Shown: positions 1 through 8,911 of the stretch, piece after piece
Position numbering within the stretch: position 1 is the stretch's first letter
Layout of the letters: each line of letters starts with the position of its first letter
Assembly: GCA_963662285.2 (NCBI GenBank)
Contig: CAXXMV010000001.1
Coordinates: 1,024,001 to 1,088,000, forward strand
Direction: 5' to 3'
DNA from: a bacterium
Lineage (GTDB): Bacteria; Hinthialibacterota; Hinthialibacteria; Hinthialibacterales; Hinthialibacteraceae
DNA length: 64,000 bases
The notes under the pieces: generated by a model
Databases searched by the model: none
The model's input: only the letters and a program-made list of their open reading frames with translations
What the model was told of the DNA's origin: nothing
Position numbers and translations under genes: made by a program

Positions 1-456
1 AAAATCATGCGTTTTTTAATCAAGCATTTTCAATACGCATAATTTTTTTTGTTATCGCTCCAGTCATACAACAACCGGAACATATTAATTTTTGGTTTAG
101 ATTAATCTTAAAACCCCGGCTAAGAGGCATATATTTCATCTGAAAATCATTAAATTATATTCTCTTATTATAGCAGGACGCATGCCAATTTTGTTATATG
201 TTCTTATCTCCTGTATTTACAGTCTATTATAACAAATATATCTTGAGTGAATATTTCAATTGATTTAAAATCAGCAACAATCAGATGCTGATTTATGAAC
301 ACCAGTTCAAAGAAAGACATTTTAGAGTAGTTTTCATAATTAACTTTATTAGTTACCATAACTTTGAACTACTGCTTAACACATATAAGTATAACAGACA
401 TAACGTGAACACACGTAACTGTGACAATCGTTCTAGATGCATAGCTGGAGAAATGA

Positions 457-1818
457 ATGACTCAAAAATCAAAAGCATCATCATCCAATAAAGGCGCCTC
501 CATTGTAATCGTAGGTCGGCCTAATGTTGGGAAATCAACCTTATTCAATCGAATCATTCGCAGGCGGGACGCCATAGTGGATGATCAACCCGGCGTGACG
601 CGTGATAGTAAATACCGCATAGCCGATTGGAATGGAAAATCGTTTTTCCTGGTTGATACCGGTGGTTTTTTCGGTCCGGATAGCGATCCATTTACCAAAG
701 AAATCCAACAACAAATCGAATTTGCTTCGCGTGACGCCTTGCTTCTGTTGCTCGTCTTGGATGGCTCAGTAGGTCCAACTCCCGCTGATCATGAAGTCGT
801 CGATCTATTGCGCCGTTTACATAAACCAATTTTAGCAGTAGTCAACAAAATCGATTCTCCTAAACGTGAAGAGGAAATGAGCGCTCCATTTTATGAATTA
901 GGCCTGGATTCGCTCCATCCTATTTCCGCAACACAGGGAACCGGGGTGGGCGACCTGCTTGATGAAGTCGTTTCATATATTGCAGACGATGCGCCGGAAC
1001 CTCAACAACTACTGCAAATTCCAAGCATTGCTCTTCTCGGAAGACCCAATGTTGGTAAATCCACTCTCTTAAATGCGCTATGCGGATCAGGTCGCTCTAT
1101 TGTATCCCCTGTTCCAGGAACAACTCGCGACCCGGTAGATACAGAGATTGAAGTAAATGGTAAACATTATTTATTAGTTGATACAGCTGGCGTCCGACGT
1201 CGCGGCAAAACAGGCCAAGGCCTCGAACATTTTACTCTTGTAAGAAGTAAGGCCGCATTAAAACGCTGTGATCTAGCTTTTCTTATGATCGACGGTGAAG
1301 AAGGACTTACCGAAACCGACGCCAAAGTTTTTAGCCTTGCTAATGATTTGGGAAAAGCCGCTATCCTTCTAATGAACAAATGGGATGTTGTGGAGAAAGA
1401 TGAAAAAACTTCCGGCTTATATGTCAAAGCAATTCGCGAGAGAATTCCATTTCTCAAATATGCTCCAATAGAGTTCATCTCCGCCCTGACCCACCAACGA
1501 ATTCATAAAATTTTCCCCCATGTGGAAAAGGTGCTCGAAAACTATAATCACCGCGTCCCCACCGCCGAACTGAACGAACTGTTGTATGGAATCCTCCAAC
1601 ATCATCCACCTCCCGTTCATAAAGGGCGGTCGCCTAGTATATATTATTGGACGCAGGTTTCTGTTGCGCCACCTACATTCGTTGTTTTCACCAACGATAC
1701 CGAAGCGATTCATTTTTCTTATGAACGCTATCTGGTCAATCAGCTTTACGAAAATTTCGATTTTGAAGGAACGCCTATCCGTTTGATCTGGAAGAAAAAG
1801 GGAGCTAGACGAGTCTAA
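457..1818 (+). CDS. der: Ribosome biogenesis GTPase Der (EngA)
   Basis: Two tandem GTPase domains (GRPNVGKS twice, DTGG/DTAG, NKID/NKWD) plus a C-terminal KH-like domain ending FEGTPIRL; GGAG SD upstream. Confidence 0.97.
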   Translation: MTQKSKASSSNKGASIVIVGRPNVGKSTLFNRIIRRRDAIVDDQPGVTRDSKYRIADWNGKSFFLVDTGGFFGPDSDPFTKEIQQQIEFASRDALLLLLVLDGSVGPTPADHEVVDLLRRLHKPILAVVNKIDSPKREEEMSAPFYELGLDSLHPISATQGTGVGDLLDEVVSYIADDAPEPQQLLQIPSIALLGRPNVGKSTLLNALCGSGRSIVSPVPGTTRDPVDTEIEVNGKHYLLVDTAGVRRRGKTGQGLEHFTLVRSKAALKRCDLAFLMIDGEEGLTETDAKVFSLANDLGKAAILLMNKWDVVEKDEKTSGLYVKAIRERIPFLKYAPIEFISALTHQRIHKIFPHVEKVLENYNHRVPTAELNELLYGILQHHPPPVHKGRSPSIYYWTQVSVAPPTFVVFTNDTEAIHFSYERYLVNQLYENFDFEGTPIRLIWKKKGARRV

Positions 1819-2438
1819 TGTGGTGGTTCATCTCACTGGTTCTTGCATATTTACTCGGTTCGATCCCATCGGCTTACTACGCCGTCAAGTGGATCAAAGG
1901 CTCTGATCTGCGTGACTTAGGCAGCGGTAACCTCGGCTTCACTAATTGCGCTCGAGTTATTGGTTGGAAATGCAGCATCCCTATTCTTATTTTTGACATC
2001 CTCAAGGGAGTTGCTGCGGTATCAATCGCCCGCTGCCTGATCCCCGGACAGGAACTGTTAGCTGTTCTTTCCGGACTGGTCGCCATCTTAGGCCACAACT
2101 GGACCATCTTTCTGGGATTCCGCGGCGGTGGAAAAGGCGTGGCAACAACAGCTGGCGTCTTCGCCTCCTTGGCGCCTGTTCCATTCATCATAACTTCGGT
2201 TGTATTTCTAATAACAATAGCCGCCACGCGCTACATGTCATTAGGATCAATACTGCTTGGCATCACCCTCGCCGCATCCAGTTTAACTCTGATAATAATA
2301 CAACACCCGGCAGCCCCTTCATTAGAAGTACTTATTTTTTCTTTGATGGCTGCGGCGCTGATAATCATCCGGCATATTCCCAATATCCGCCGATTATGGC
2401 GGGGAGAAGAATCAAAAATAGGCGCCAAGAAAGACTAA
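1818..2438 (+). CDS. plsY: Glycerol-3-phosphate 1-O-acyltransferase PlsY
   Basis: Motifs YLLGSIP, GSGNLGFTN, GHNW..F.GGKGVAT, IIRHIPNIRRL; coupled to der (TAATG overlap), the usual der-plsY synteny. Confidence 0.95.
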   Translation: MWWFISLVLAYLLGSIPSAYYAVKWIKGSDLRDLGSGNLGFTNCARVIGWKCSIPILIFDILKGVAAVSIARCLIPGQELLAVLSGLVAILGHNWTIFLGFRGGGKGVATTAGVFASLAPVPFIITSVVFLITIAATRYMSLGSILLGITLAASSLTLIIIQHPAAPSLEVLIFSLMAAALIIIRHIPNIRRLWRGEESKIGAKKD

Positions 2439-2465
2439 TTTTTCGCGAAAAGGACAAGTAATTTA

Positions 2466-3206
2466 ATGGATATCATTCCTGCAATCGATCTGCGCGGCGG
2501 TCAGGTAGTACGTCTGCTGCGTGGCGAATATGACAAAGAAACTGTCTACCCCAAGCAACCAGCTGAAATGGCTCAACTTTGGCAACAAGGCGGAGCGAAC
2601 CTGATTCATATAGTTGATCTCGATGGAGCGCGCGATGGCGCCATGCAAAACGCTGACGCGGTTAAATCTATTACCCAAAGCGTATCTATCAAAACAGAGC
2701 TGGGCGGTGGATTGCGCGATATGGAATCAATCGAACGCCTGTTGACCGATCTAGGCGTCAGCCGCGCCATCCTGGGCAGCGTCTTATTGGAAAAACCCGA
2801 ATTAGCTACAGAAGCGGCGACCAAATTCCCCAATCAAATCGTTCTGGGCATCGACGCACGTAATGGAATGGTTGCAACCCGCGGATGGCGTGAAGACAGC
2901 GCAGTTAAAGCCACCGACTTGGTTAAGGAATTCTCTTCCCTGCCTATAGCGGAAGTTATCTATACCGACATCGCCCGCGACGGGACGCTGGAAGGTCCAA
3001 ACCTGGAAGCAACCGCCGAGATGGCTGAAGCCTCTCCCTTCCCCATAGTCGCGTCCGGCGGCATCGGCGACCTCTCCCATATTGAGGCGCTAGTTCAATG
3101 CGCCAAATCACTCAAAAAGGGAAGCATCACCAGCATCATTATCGGCAAGGCGCTCTACGAAAACAAATTCACCCTCGAAGAAGCCATAAGCATCGCCCGT
3201 TCATAA
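2466..3206 (+). CDS. hisA: ProFAR isomerase HisA
   Basis: IIPAIDLRGGQVVRL, HIVDLDGA, GGGLR, YTDIARDGTLEGPN, ASGGIG, IIGKALYE. Confidence 0.96.
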   Translation: MDIIPAIDLRGGQVVRLLRGEYDKETVYPKQPAEMAQLWQQGGANLIHIVDLDGARDGAMQNADAVKSITQSVSIKTELGGGLRDMESIERLLTDLGVSRAILGSVLLEKPELATEAATKFPNQIVLGIDARNGMVATRGWREDSAVKATDLVKEFSSLPIAEVIYTDIARDGTLEGPNLEATAEMAEASPFPIVASGGIGDLSHIEALVQCAKSLKKGSITSIIIGKALYENKFTLEEAISIARS

Positions 3207-3242
3207 AATACCCGAGGCATAGAATTTATGCTGCAAATTGCT

Positions 3243-4529
3243 TCATCCATTATGACTTCCTATCAAGCGTTTTTTCAGTCGAACGATTAAATTCAAGCGA
3301 ATCGTGATCAAGGTTGCCATTGATATAGTCGCACAGAGTATGATGAATCCATAAGGAAAAAAACTGAAATAGGGAATCAAGCCTATAATATCAAGTTCTT
3401 TAAGAACAACCTTAATCAAACCTTCCGTTATAACATCAATGCTTTTGGTAGGGAAAGCATTGACCATTACAACTATGCTAAGCTGATGTTCCGGGAAATA
3501 AACCATGTATACCGTTGATCCAATATTGGCGCCGCCATGTCCAATGGCTTCTTCACCGCAGGAGAACTCACGCTTAAATACTTGCACGCCTAATCCGTAG
3601 GCACTCATATTATAGATATGCTTAGTTTTAACAAATTGCAGCATTTCATCCATTGATTTTTGCTTCAAGACCTTTCCCCCAAATAAAGCATGACACCAAA
3701 GCGCTAAATCTTCAGCCGTCATAAAAAGGCCGCCCGAACCGTATATTATGCTATCATGAGATACTCTGGGTTGGAAAGTTACATCGGAAGTCTTATCTCC
3801 AAACATAAAATTATCGCCATATATATGAGCTTGATTATCCGGGATATCTTCATCGATGGAAAGGTAGGCATTTTTGATGCCTAAGGGCTTCCAGAAATAT
3901 TTGTGAAATTCAGTCGAAAGAGTTGAACCAGTTGCTTTCTTGATGATCATGGCCATCAACAAATAGTTTGTATTGGAATAGTGAAAACCACCCCCAGGCG
4001 CAAAATATGGTTCTTTGATATAATTCAGCACTTCTTCTGGAGTCCATAATTTCGTCATGTCTTTGAGCATATCATCCCAGATTTTCTGATTATCCAGGAA
4101 CTTATAAATTCCACTGGTATGACTCAGCAATTGACGTATCGTTACGATTCCATTGACATGGGGATAAGGTGGAAGCCATTTTGATAAGGGATCATCAAGC
4201 GAAAGCAATCCCTCTTCAGTAAGTTTTAAGGTAAGCGCGGCAACAAAATTCTTGGTTATGCTTCCTATGGCAAAAAGCATATCCGGCTTTATCGAAACAG
4301 TAGCATGGGAAATTCCACTCACGCCAGTCCAGATTTTTCGGTCAGGAAATATAACAGCTGCGGAAACGCCTATGGCATTGTGTTTCTTGAGTCCACTATC
4401 AAGAACTTGTTGCATGTGTTCTTCCAGAGATTCTTGATCCCCACAAGAAAATATGGGAAATAAAAATTGAGTAGAGATAAATAAAGTAAGAGATAAATAG
4501 AACATGAATGTTTTCATGTTTTTATACAC
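3243..4529 (-). CDS. Serine hydrolase, beta-lactamase/peptidase S12 family, with N-terminal signal and C-terminal membrane anchor
   Basis: SITK (SxxK), LLSHTSG, YSN, GHGG motifs; hydrophobic C-terminal helix followed by RLKKR. Start may be the ATG about 12 nt inside the GTG start. Confidence 0.88.
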   Translation of the reverse strand: MYKNMKTFMFYLSLTLFISTQFLFPIFSCGDQESLEEHMQQVLDSGLKKHNAIGVSAAVIFPDRKIWTGVSGISHATVSIKPDMLFAIGSITKNFVAALTLKLTEEGLLSLDDPLSKWLPPYPHVNGIVTIRQLLSHTSGIYKFLDNQKIWDDMLKDMTKLWTPEEVLNYIKEPYFAPGGGFHYSNTNYLLMAMIIKKATGSTLSTEFHKYFWKPLGIKNAYLSIDEDIPDNQAHIYGDNFMFGDKTSDVTFQPRVSHDSIIYGSGGLFMTAEDLALWCHALFGGKVLKQKSMDEMLQFVKTKHIYNMSAYGLGVQVFKREFSCGEEAIGHGGANIGSTVYMVYFPEHQLSIVVMVNAFPTKSIDVITEGLIKVVLKELDIIGLIPYFSFFPYGFIILCATISMATLITIRLNLIVRLKKRLIGSHNG

Positions 4530-4683
4530 CTTTCTTTATGCATATAAAATCAATCCACCATGATCTTATAACTATTCTCCCACGACATCGCTTCAGCGGA
4601 CTCAAGATAAATTGCAATAAATGCTTCCGGGCAAACAGTCAGAGGCGTGTAGCAAAGACATTAAACTGCACCGGTGCATAATT

Positions 4684-6291
4684 TCACTCTTGAGGAAAAT
4701 TCTCGGCTAATTTCACCTGGTTTCGCCCTTCATTCTTGGCAATATATAGCGCCCGATCAGCCGCTTGAATCAGTTCTTCCGGTTGGATATCCCGGTTTGG
4801 AATAATACCGGCAAGGCCGATGCTGAGCGTGACAACATTGCTGCATTCTGACTTAATATGCTCTAATGCCAGGGTTTCTATTTTTTCTCTCATAGAATCG
4901 ACTATAGCGAGCGCATTCTCTGGAGTCGTACCGACCATCAAGATGACAAACTCTTCTCCGCCATACCGCGCAACCAAATCGCCGGGACGTTTCAACTTTT
5001 CATTGAGCGCATGCGCCACTATTCGAAGACACTTATCCCCTTCCTGATGACCATAGGAATCGTTGTATTTCTTGAAAAAGTCAATGTCGCACATCGCTAA
5101 CGAAAGTGATATTGAATTACGAATCGCCCGCCTCCATTCTTCATTATAATGCTCATCGAAATAGCGTCGATTGAAAATTTGGGTTAATCCATCAATGGTT
5201 GAGATCTGCTTGAAATAATCAGATTTTTCCTGTAGTTGACCCTGGGTTTCTTCCAGACGCCCGATCATCTGGTCGAATTTATTAGCCAACACGCCAATCT
5301 CATCGCCACGTTTTATTGATATCCTATTTGTTAAGTTCCCGCTTTCATAGATACTGGAAACATATCTGGTTAATTTTATAATAGGGCCAACTATATATGC
5401 TTGCAGAGAACTAATCATCACTAACAGAATTAACAAACCTAATAAAAGAACAGATATCAAAGCAGAATCCAAAGCGGCATAGCCGATATTCGCTACATGC
5501 CTGGGTATGGTTGCCCGTAATAAAAGCGCGGGGTTTCCTTCTAAATCAGGATAAGTTGTGTATACCCATAATATTTCATTGCTTTGTTCATGAAAATAAT
5601 ATGGATTCTCTTTTGTAATTTGATCCAGTACATATCTTTCATTGGCTGGAATTGAATCATTATTAACCGGTCTAATTTTGATCGGCGTAAGTATCTGGTC
5701 TTCAATTTTTTTTACAAAGATATCATTTACAAAAACCCCCAAAATCATATAACCGCTAATTGAGCCGGTAATTTCAGAATTAAATATCGGACAGGAAACA
5801 ACCAATAAGGGATATTTTTCAGTCAAGAATACGCCGGAAGTAACACTTTGATATGATTGGTGAAATTGAAAAGGATTACCTGAAGGTAATCTATTCCGTG
5901 GAAAATCTTTGAGAAAGATTTCTTCATAATTAACATAATCATAGATTCTTCCATACTGTACCTCATTTTTAATATTAACAATATATAACAGATTTACCTT
6001 ATCGTTTGCAAAAGACTCGTCCTTTAAATATTTCCCGATATATTCATCAAGATTACCAGAAACAAATTCCGCAGTTTCACTCCATGAAGACCATTCTATA
6101 TCTGTTAAACTCAGGTAATTGATTACCCGCTTAATGGCTGCTTGACAACGTTCCATATCCTTTATAGATTCATTCCGTTCCAAAACATGAAAACTTGGAG
6201 ATAAAATAAAGAAATGAACGCCGTAATGCAAAATCATATTCAATACAATGATGAGCGAAAAGACTAATATGCTTTTGTATTTAAGAGACAT
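4684..6291 (-). CDS. Membrane-bound diguanylate cyclase (CHASE4-like sensor, HAMP, GGDEF)
   Basis: Two TM segments flanking a periplasmic domain, HAMP (RGDEIGVLANKFDQM), DIDFFKKYNDSYGHQEGD, intact RPGD I-site and GGEEF. Confidence 0.92.
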   Translation of the reverse strand: MSLKYKSILVFSLIIVLNMILHYGVHFFILSPSFHVLERNESIKDMERCQAAIKRVINYLSLTDIEWSSWSETAEFVSGNLDEYIGKYLKDESFANDKVNLLYIVNIKNEVQYGRIYDYVNYEEIFLKDFPRNRLPSGNPFQFHQSYQSVTSGVFLTEKYPLLVVSCPIFNSEITGSISGYMILGVFVNDIFVKKIEDQILTPIKIRPVNNDSIPANERYVLDQITKENPYYFHEQSNEILWVYTTYPDLEGNPALLLRATIPRHVANIGYAALDSALISVLLLGLLILLVMISSLQAYIVGPIIKLTRYVSSIYESGNLTNRISIKRGDEIGVLANKFDQMIGRLEETQGQLQEKSDYFKQISTIDGLTQIFNRRYFDEHYNEEWRRAIRNSISLSLAMCDIDFFKKYNDSYGHQEGDKCLRIVAHALNEKLKRPGDLVARYGGEEFVILMVGTTPENALAIVDSMREKIETLALEHIKSECSNVVTLSIGLAGIIPNRDIQPEELIQAADRALYIAKNEGRNQVKLAENFPQE

Positions 6292-6439
6292 GATAATTTA
6301 TATTCCTATCGAACTCATTGAATAAAATAGTGCGCTATCTAGTAAGTTTATTTCTTAAACTGCGCTTAGTAACAGAAATTTTATTAAACACAAAAAGGTT
6401 CTATAGTAAATATGTTTTGTAACCAGGCGCCTCTAATCA

Positions 6440-6895
6440 TAATGGTTTTTGAGCCTATCAAGCGTTGTATTTACGTCTAAGCCGAACTATTAGATTTACA
6501 CGACGCTTGATTAAGGATGTCATTATTGCGGTAACACCGATGATAATCAATCCATAAGGGAAAAAACCGAAATAGGGAATCAGGCCTATAACATCAAGTT
6601 CTTTTTCGAGACGGACTTGGTTTTGACGAATTGCTGCATCTGATCCATTGATTGTGTTGTAGAACTTTTACTTCAAAGAGAGCATGACGCCAACGGGCTA
6701 AATCTTTAGCCATCATAAAGAGGCCGCCCGAAATGAAAACCCTGTCCAGGCTCAAAATAAGGTTGCTTGATGTAGTTCAAAGCTTCTTAAGGAGTCCATA
6801 CTTTGGTCATGTCTTTTAGCATGTCATCCCAGATTTTTTGGTCGGGAAATATTATTGCGGTTGAGACGCCTCTGGCATTGTGTTTTAAGTTCATC
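6440..6895 (-). pseudogene. Degenerate, multiply deleted paralog of the S12 serine hydrolase at 3243-4529
   Basis: Nucleotide blocks align by eye: about 6440-6604 to 3250-3401, 6616-6732 to 3621-3738, 6733-6837 to 3981-4085, 6829-6890 to 4329-4390; TAA at 6788-6790 where the intact gene has GAA. Confidence 0.88.
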
Positions 6896-7007
6896 ACCAA
6901 CATATGATTTAAAGATATAAACAAAACACCTACCCGTCAAGCATAAAGGCGGAACTAAACCACCCTCGACTGAAGGTCTAGGGGTTCGGTTTGCGAATAA
7001 ATTCGCC

Positions 7008-7439
7008 TTAAGTCTTGCTTATTCTAAAGTCATCATCTCTTTCTTGGTCTTGGTTCTCTATGTACATCTTTATTACCTCATCCGTCACATTTCCGCTACT
7101 TACCGCAAAATATCCTCTCGCCCATAAGTGACGTCCCCAAAACGTTTTATTCAATCCCTTATATTCCTTTAACAGCTTTCTTGATGAGGCTCCTTTTATA
7201 TATTTCATCATCTTGCTGACCGATAGATGAGGAGGCATCGATACCAACAGGTGTACACGATCCTTCGCCACATGTCCTTTGAGTATTTCTACATCATTCC
7301 TTTTGCATATCTCACGGATATTTTTTCGAACACTTAACGCTATTTCTCCCGTGAGTACTTTTTTTCTATATTTCGTAACCCATACTACATGGACATGTAG
7401 GCTATATTTGCTATGAGATGATGTTCTATAATCGTTCAT
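7008..7439 (-). CDS. tnpA: IS200-family Y1 transposase TnpA, HUH motif altered to RVH
   Basis: LHVHVVWVTKYRKKVL, KGASSR, LWARGYF, catalytic Y in IKMYIENQ; D-R-V-H instead of D-H-V-H. Confidence 0.93.
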   Translation of the reverse strand: MNDYRTSSHSKYSLHVHVVWVTKYRKKVLTGEIALSVRKNIREICKRNDVEILKGHVAKDRVHLLVSMPPHLSVSKMMKYIKGASSRKLLKEYKGLNKTFWGRHLWARGYFAVSSGNVTDEVIKMYIENQDQERDDDFRISKT

Positions 7440-7441
7440 TC

Positions 7442-7462
7442 CTTTAGTTTATCAAACTAAAG
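7442..7462 (-). promoter_or_regulatory. Hairpin overlapping the tnpA ribosome-binding site
   Basis: Perfect ctttagttt/aaactaaag stem immediately before the AAGGA-ATG of tnpA; RBS occlusion is a known IS200 trait. Confidence 0.6.
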
Positions 7463-7582
7463 TCTTCGCCTGAAGGCGAGGGTTTTTCTCCCAGAAAGTG
7501 ACAATTACAGGAGGTTATTTTTGCACACACATAAAATACACAAAAATGGGTATAAGAACCAGAGTATAAACTTTTGACAAGG

Positions 7583-8743
7583 TTAATACGCTGCCCAATG
7601 TTTCGCTTGGGATTGGGAATCCCATGGCGCTGATCCAGGAAAGAGGATTGGCGCTAATTTCAAAAAGAAATTAGTGCTCATGCTAATATCATCTTCATCC
7701 AGGCGATTTATGTTGATAATGATGACCGCGTCTTTGGGTGGGTAATAGAACATTTCTGAACTGAAGCCGAAGATGGTTCCGTTATGTCCCCAAAAGCCGC
7801 CCAAATCCAGTATCCCGCTTCCATAGCGAATCCATTCAGGATTTCCATCAAATGCATTTGCATCCAATTGTTTAGCATGGGTTTCGGAGGAAAGAAGAAC
7901 GCCTTGATATAAGGCTTTAGCGTATACTTTCATATCTTGTAAGGTTGAAATCATGGCTCCGGCGCCATTGGCCCACGAACCGGACATCACTTCGGTTTTA
8001 TCTTCATACTGGTTTGATGCTGCATTCCAAGAGTAACCTCTGAGATCACCGGGCAACTGTTCATCAGTAGCATAAATGGTATTAGTTAAACCAAGAGGAG
8101 TAGAAATCCGATCCTGGATTACCTGGCCTAATGAATCACCAGTCACCTTCTCGACAATATCACCCAGCATAGTAAAATTCATATTGCAGTATTCGGACTT
8201 TTGATCTGGAGACTCAAATAAACTGGATTTATTGGCGGAAAATTCCAACAATTCATCAAAGGTAAATTCCAGCAAAGTATTTTGATAGATTTTATGCAGA
8301 AAATCATGAGACGCATAATCCACGATACCACTGCGCATTTCGAGCAGGTTCTGTATCGTGATTAAATCCGCATTTGGGAAATCTGGATACCATTTATCAA
8401 TGGTATTATCCCATTCGAGCAAACCATCATCAATAAGCGTCAAAACAACCAAGCCGGTAAATGTCTTAGTGATGCTGGCGATTCGAAATGGTTGTTCGGT
8501 AGTACGCGGTTCCAGAGTTTCCAGATTGGCGTATCCCTTCGCGACGGTATATTCACCTTCACCTGGAATCCATATTCCCACTATAAGACTTGGTAAGTTT
8601 TTCTCTTGCATTTCTGTATCGATTAGTGCATCTATTTGGCTAATAATATCTTCTGGCAGAGTTGATGGAGCACTCTGTAAAGAGAGAATCACTACAAACA
8701 AAAATCCAAAAGCAATATGAAGAGGACGCATAATATACTCCAT
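7583..8743 (-). CDS. Secreted serine hydrolase, beta-lactamase/peptidase S12 family
   Basis: Signal peptide; RIASITKT (SxxK), YCN, GHNG; C-terminal tail SQAKHWAAY. Confidence 0.88.
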   Translation of the reverse strand: MEYIMRPLHIAFGFLFVVILSLQSAPSTLPEDIISQIDALIDTEMQEKNLPSLIVGIWIPGEGEYTVAKGYANLETLEPRTTEQPFRIASITKTFTGLVVLTLIDDGLLEWDNTIDKWYPDFPNADLITIQNLLEMRSGIVDYASHDFLHKIYQNTLLEFTFDELLEFSANKSSLFESPDQKSEYCNMNFTMLGDIVEKVTGDSLGQVIQDRISTPLGLTNTIYATDEQLPGDLRGYSWNAASNQYEDKTEVMSGSWANGAGAMISTLQDMKVYAKALYQGVLLSSETHAKQLDANAFDGNPEWIRYGSGILDLGGFWGHNGTIFGFSSEMFYYPPKDAVIIININRLDEDDISMSTNFFLKLAPILFPGSAPWDSQSQAKHWAAY

Positions 8744-8911
8744 AATAATATCTTCGAGGATGTCCCAACACCTGATTTAAGTTAACAATTATCAAAACAT
8801 TAGTCAAGTAAGGAATATATTGAACAATATTGTTCCTACAAAGATAAACCTACGACTTGCAACGGCTATAATACTGGTCAAGAGCAAATCCACCCGATAG
8901 CAGGTTATTTA

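Larger units (their letters stand above)
6940..7500 (-). mobile_element. IS200/IS605-family insertion sequence, tnpA only (boundaries approximate)
   Basis: Y1 transposase ORF flanked by related subterminal hairpins in direct orientation (aactaaaccaccctcgactgaaggtctaggggtt at 6953-6986; aactaaagtcttcgcctgaaggcgagggttt at 7455-7485); no tnpB. Confidence 0.85.

Noticed and set aside
285-491. 68-aa ORF upstream of der
   Set aside because: AT-rich, no motif, overlaps the der start; more likely promoter sequence
4629-4670. gggcaaac...gcaaag resembling a c-di-GMP-I riboswitch next to a GGDEF gene
   Set aside because: On the plus strand, antisense to both flanking genes; lacks the GAAA-capped stem and a convincing second stem
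6440-6895. Possible DGR template/variable repeat pair with 3243-4529
   Set aside because: Differences are not adenine-specific, homology is spread over the whole gene with deletions, and no reverse transcriptase is in the window
6900-7580. tnpB/IscB or omega-RNA associated with the IS200
   Set aside because: The end hairpins tightly bracket tnpA; no room or ORF for a nuclease
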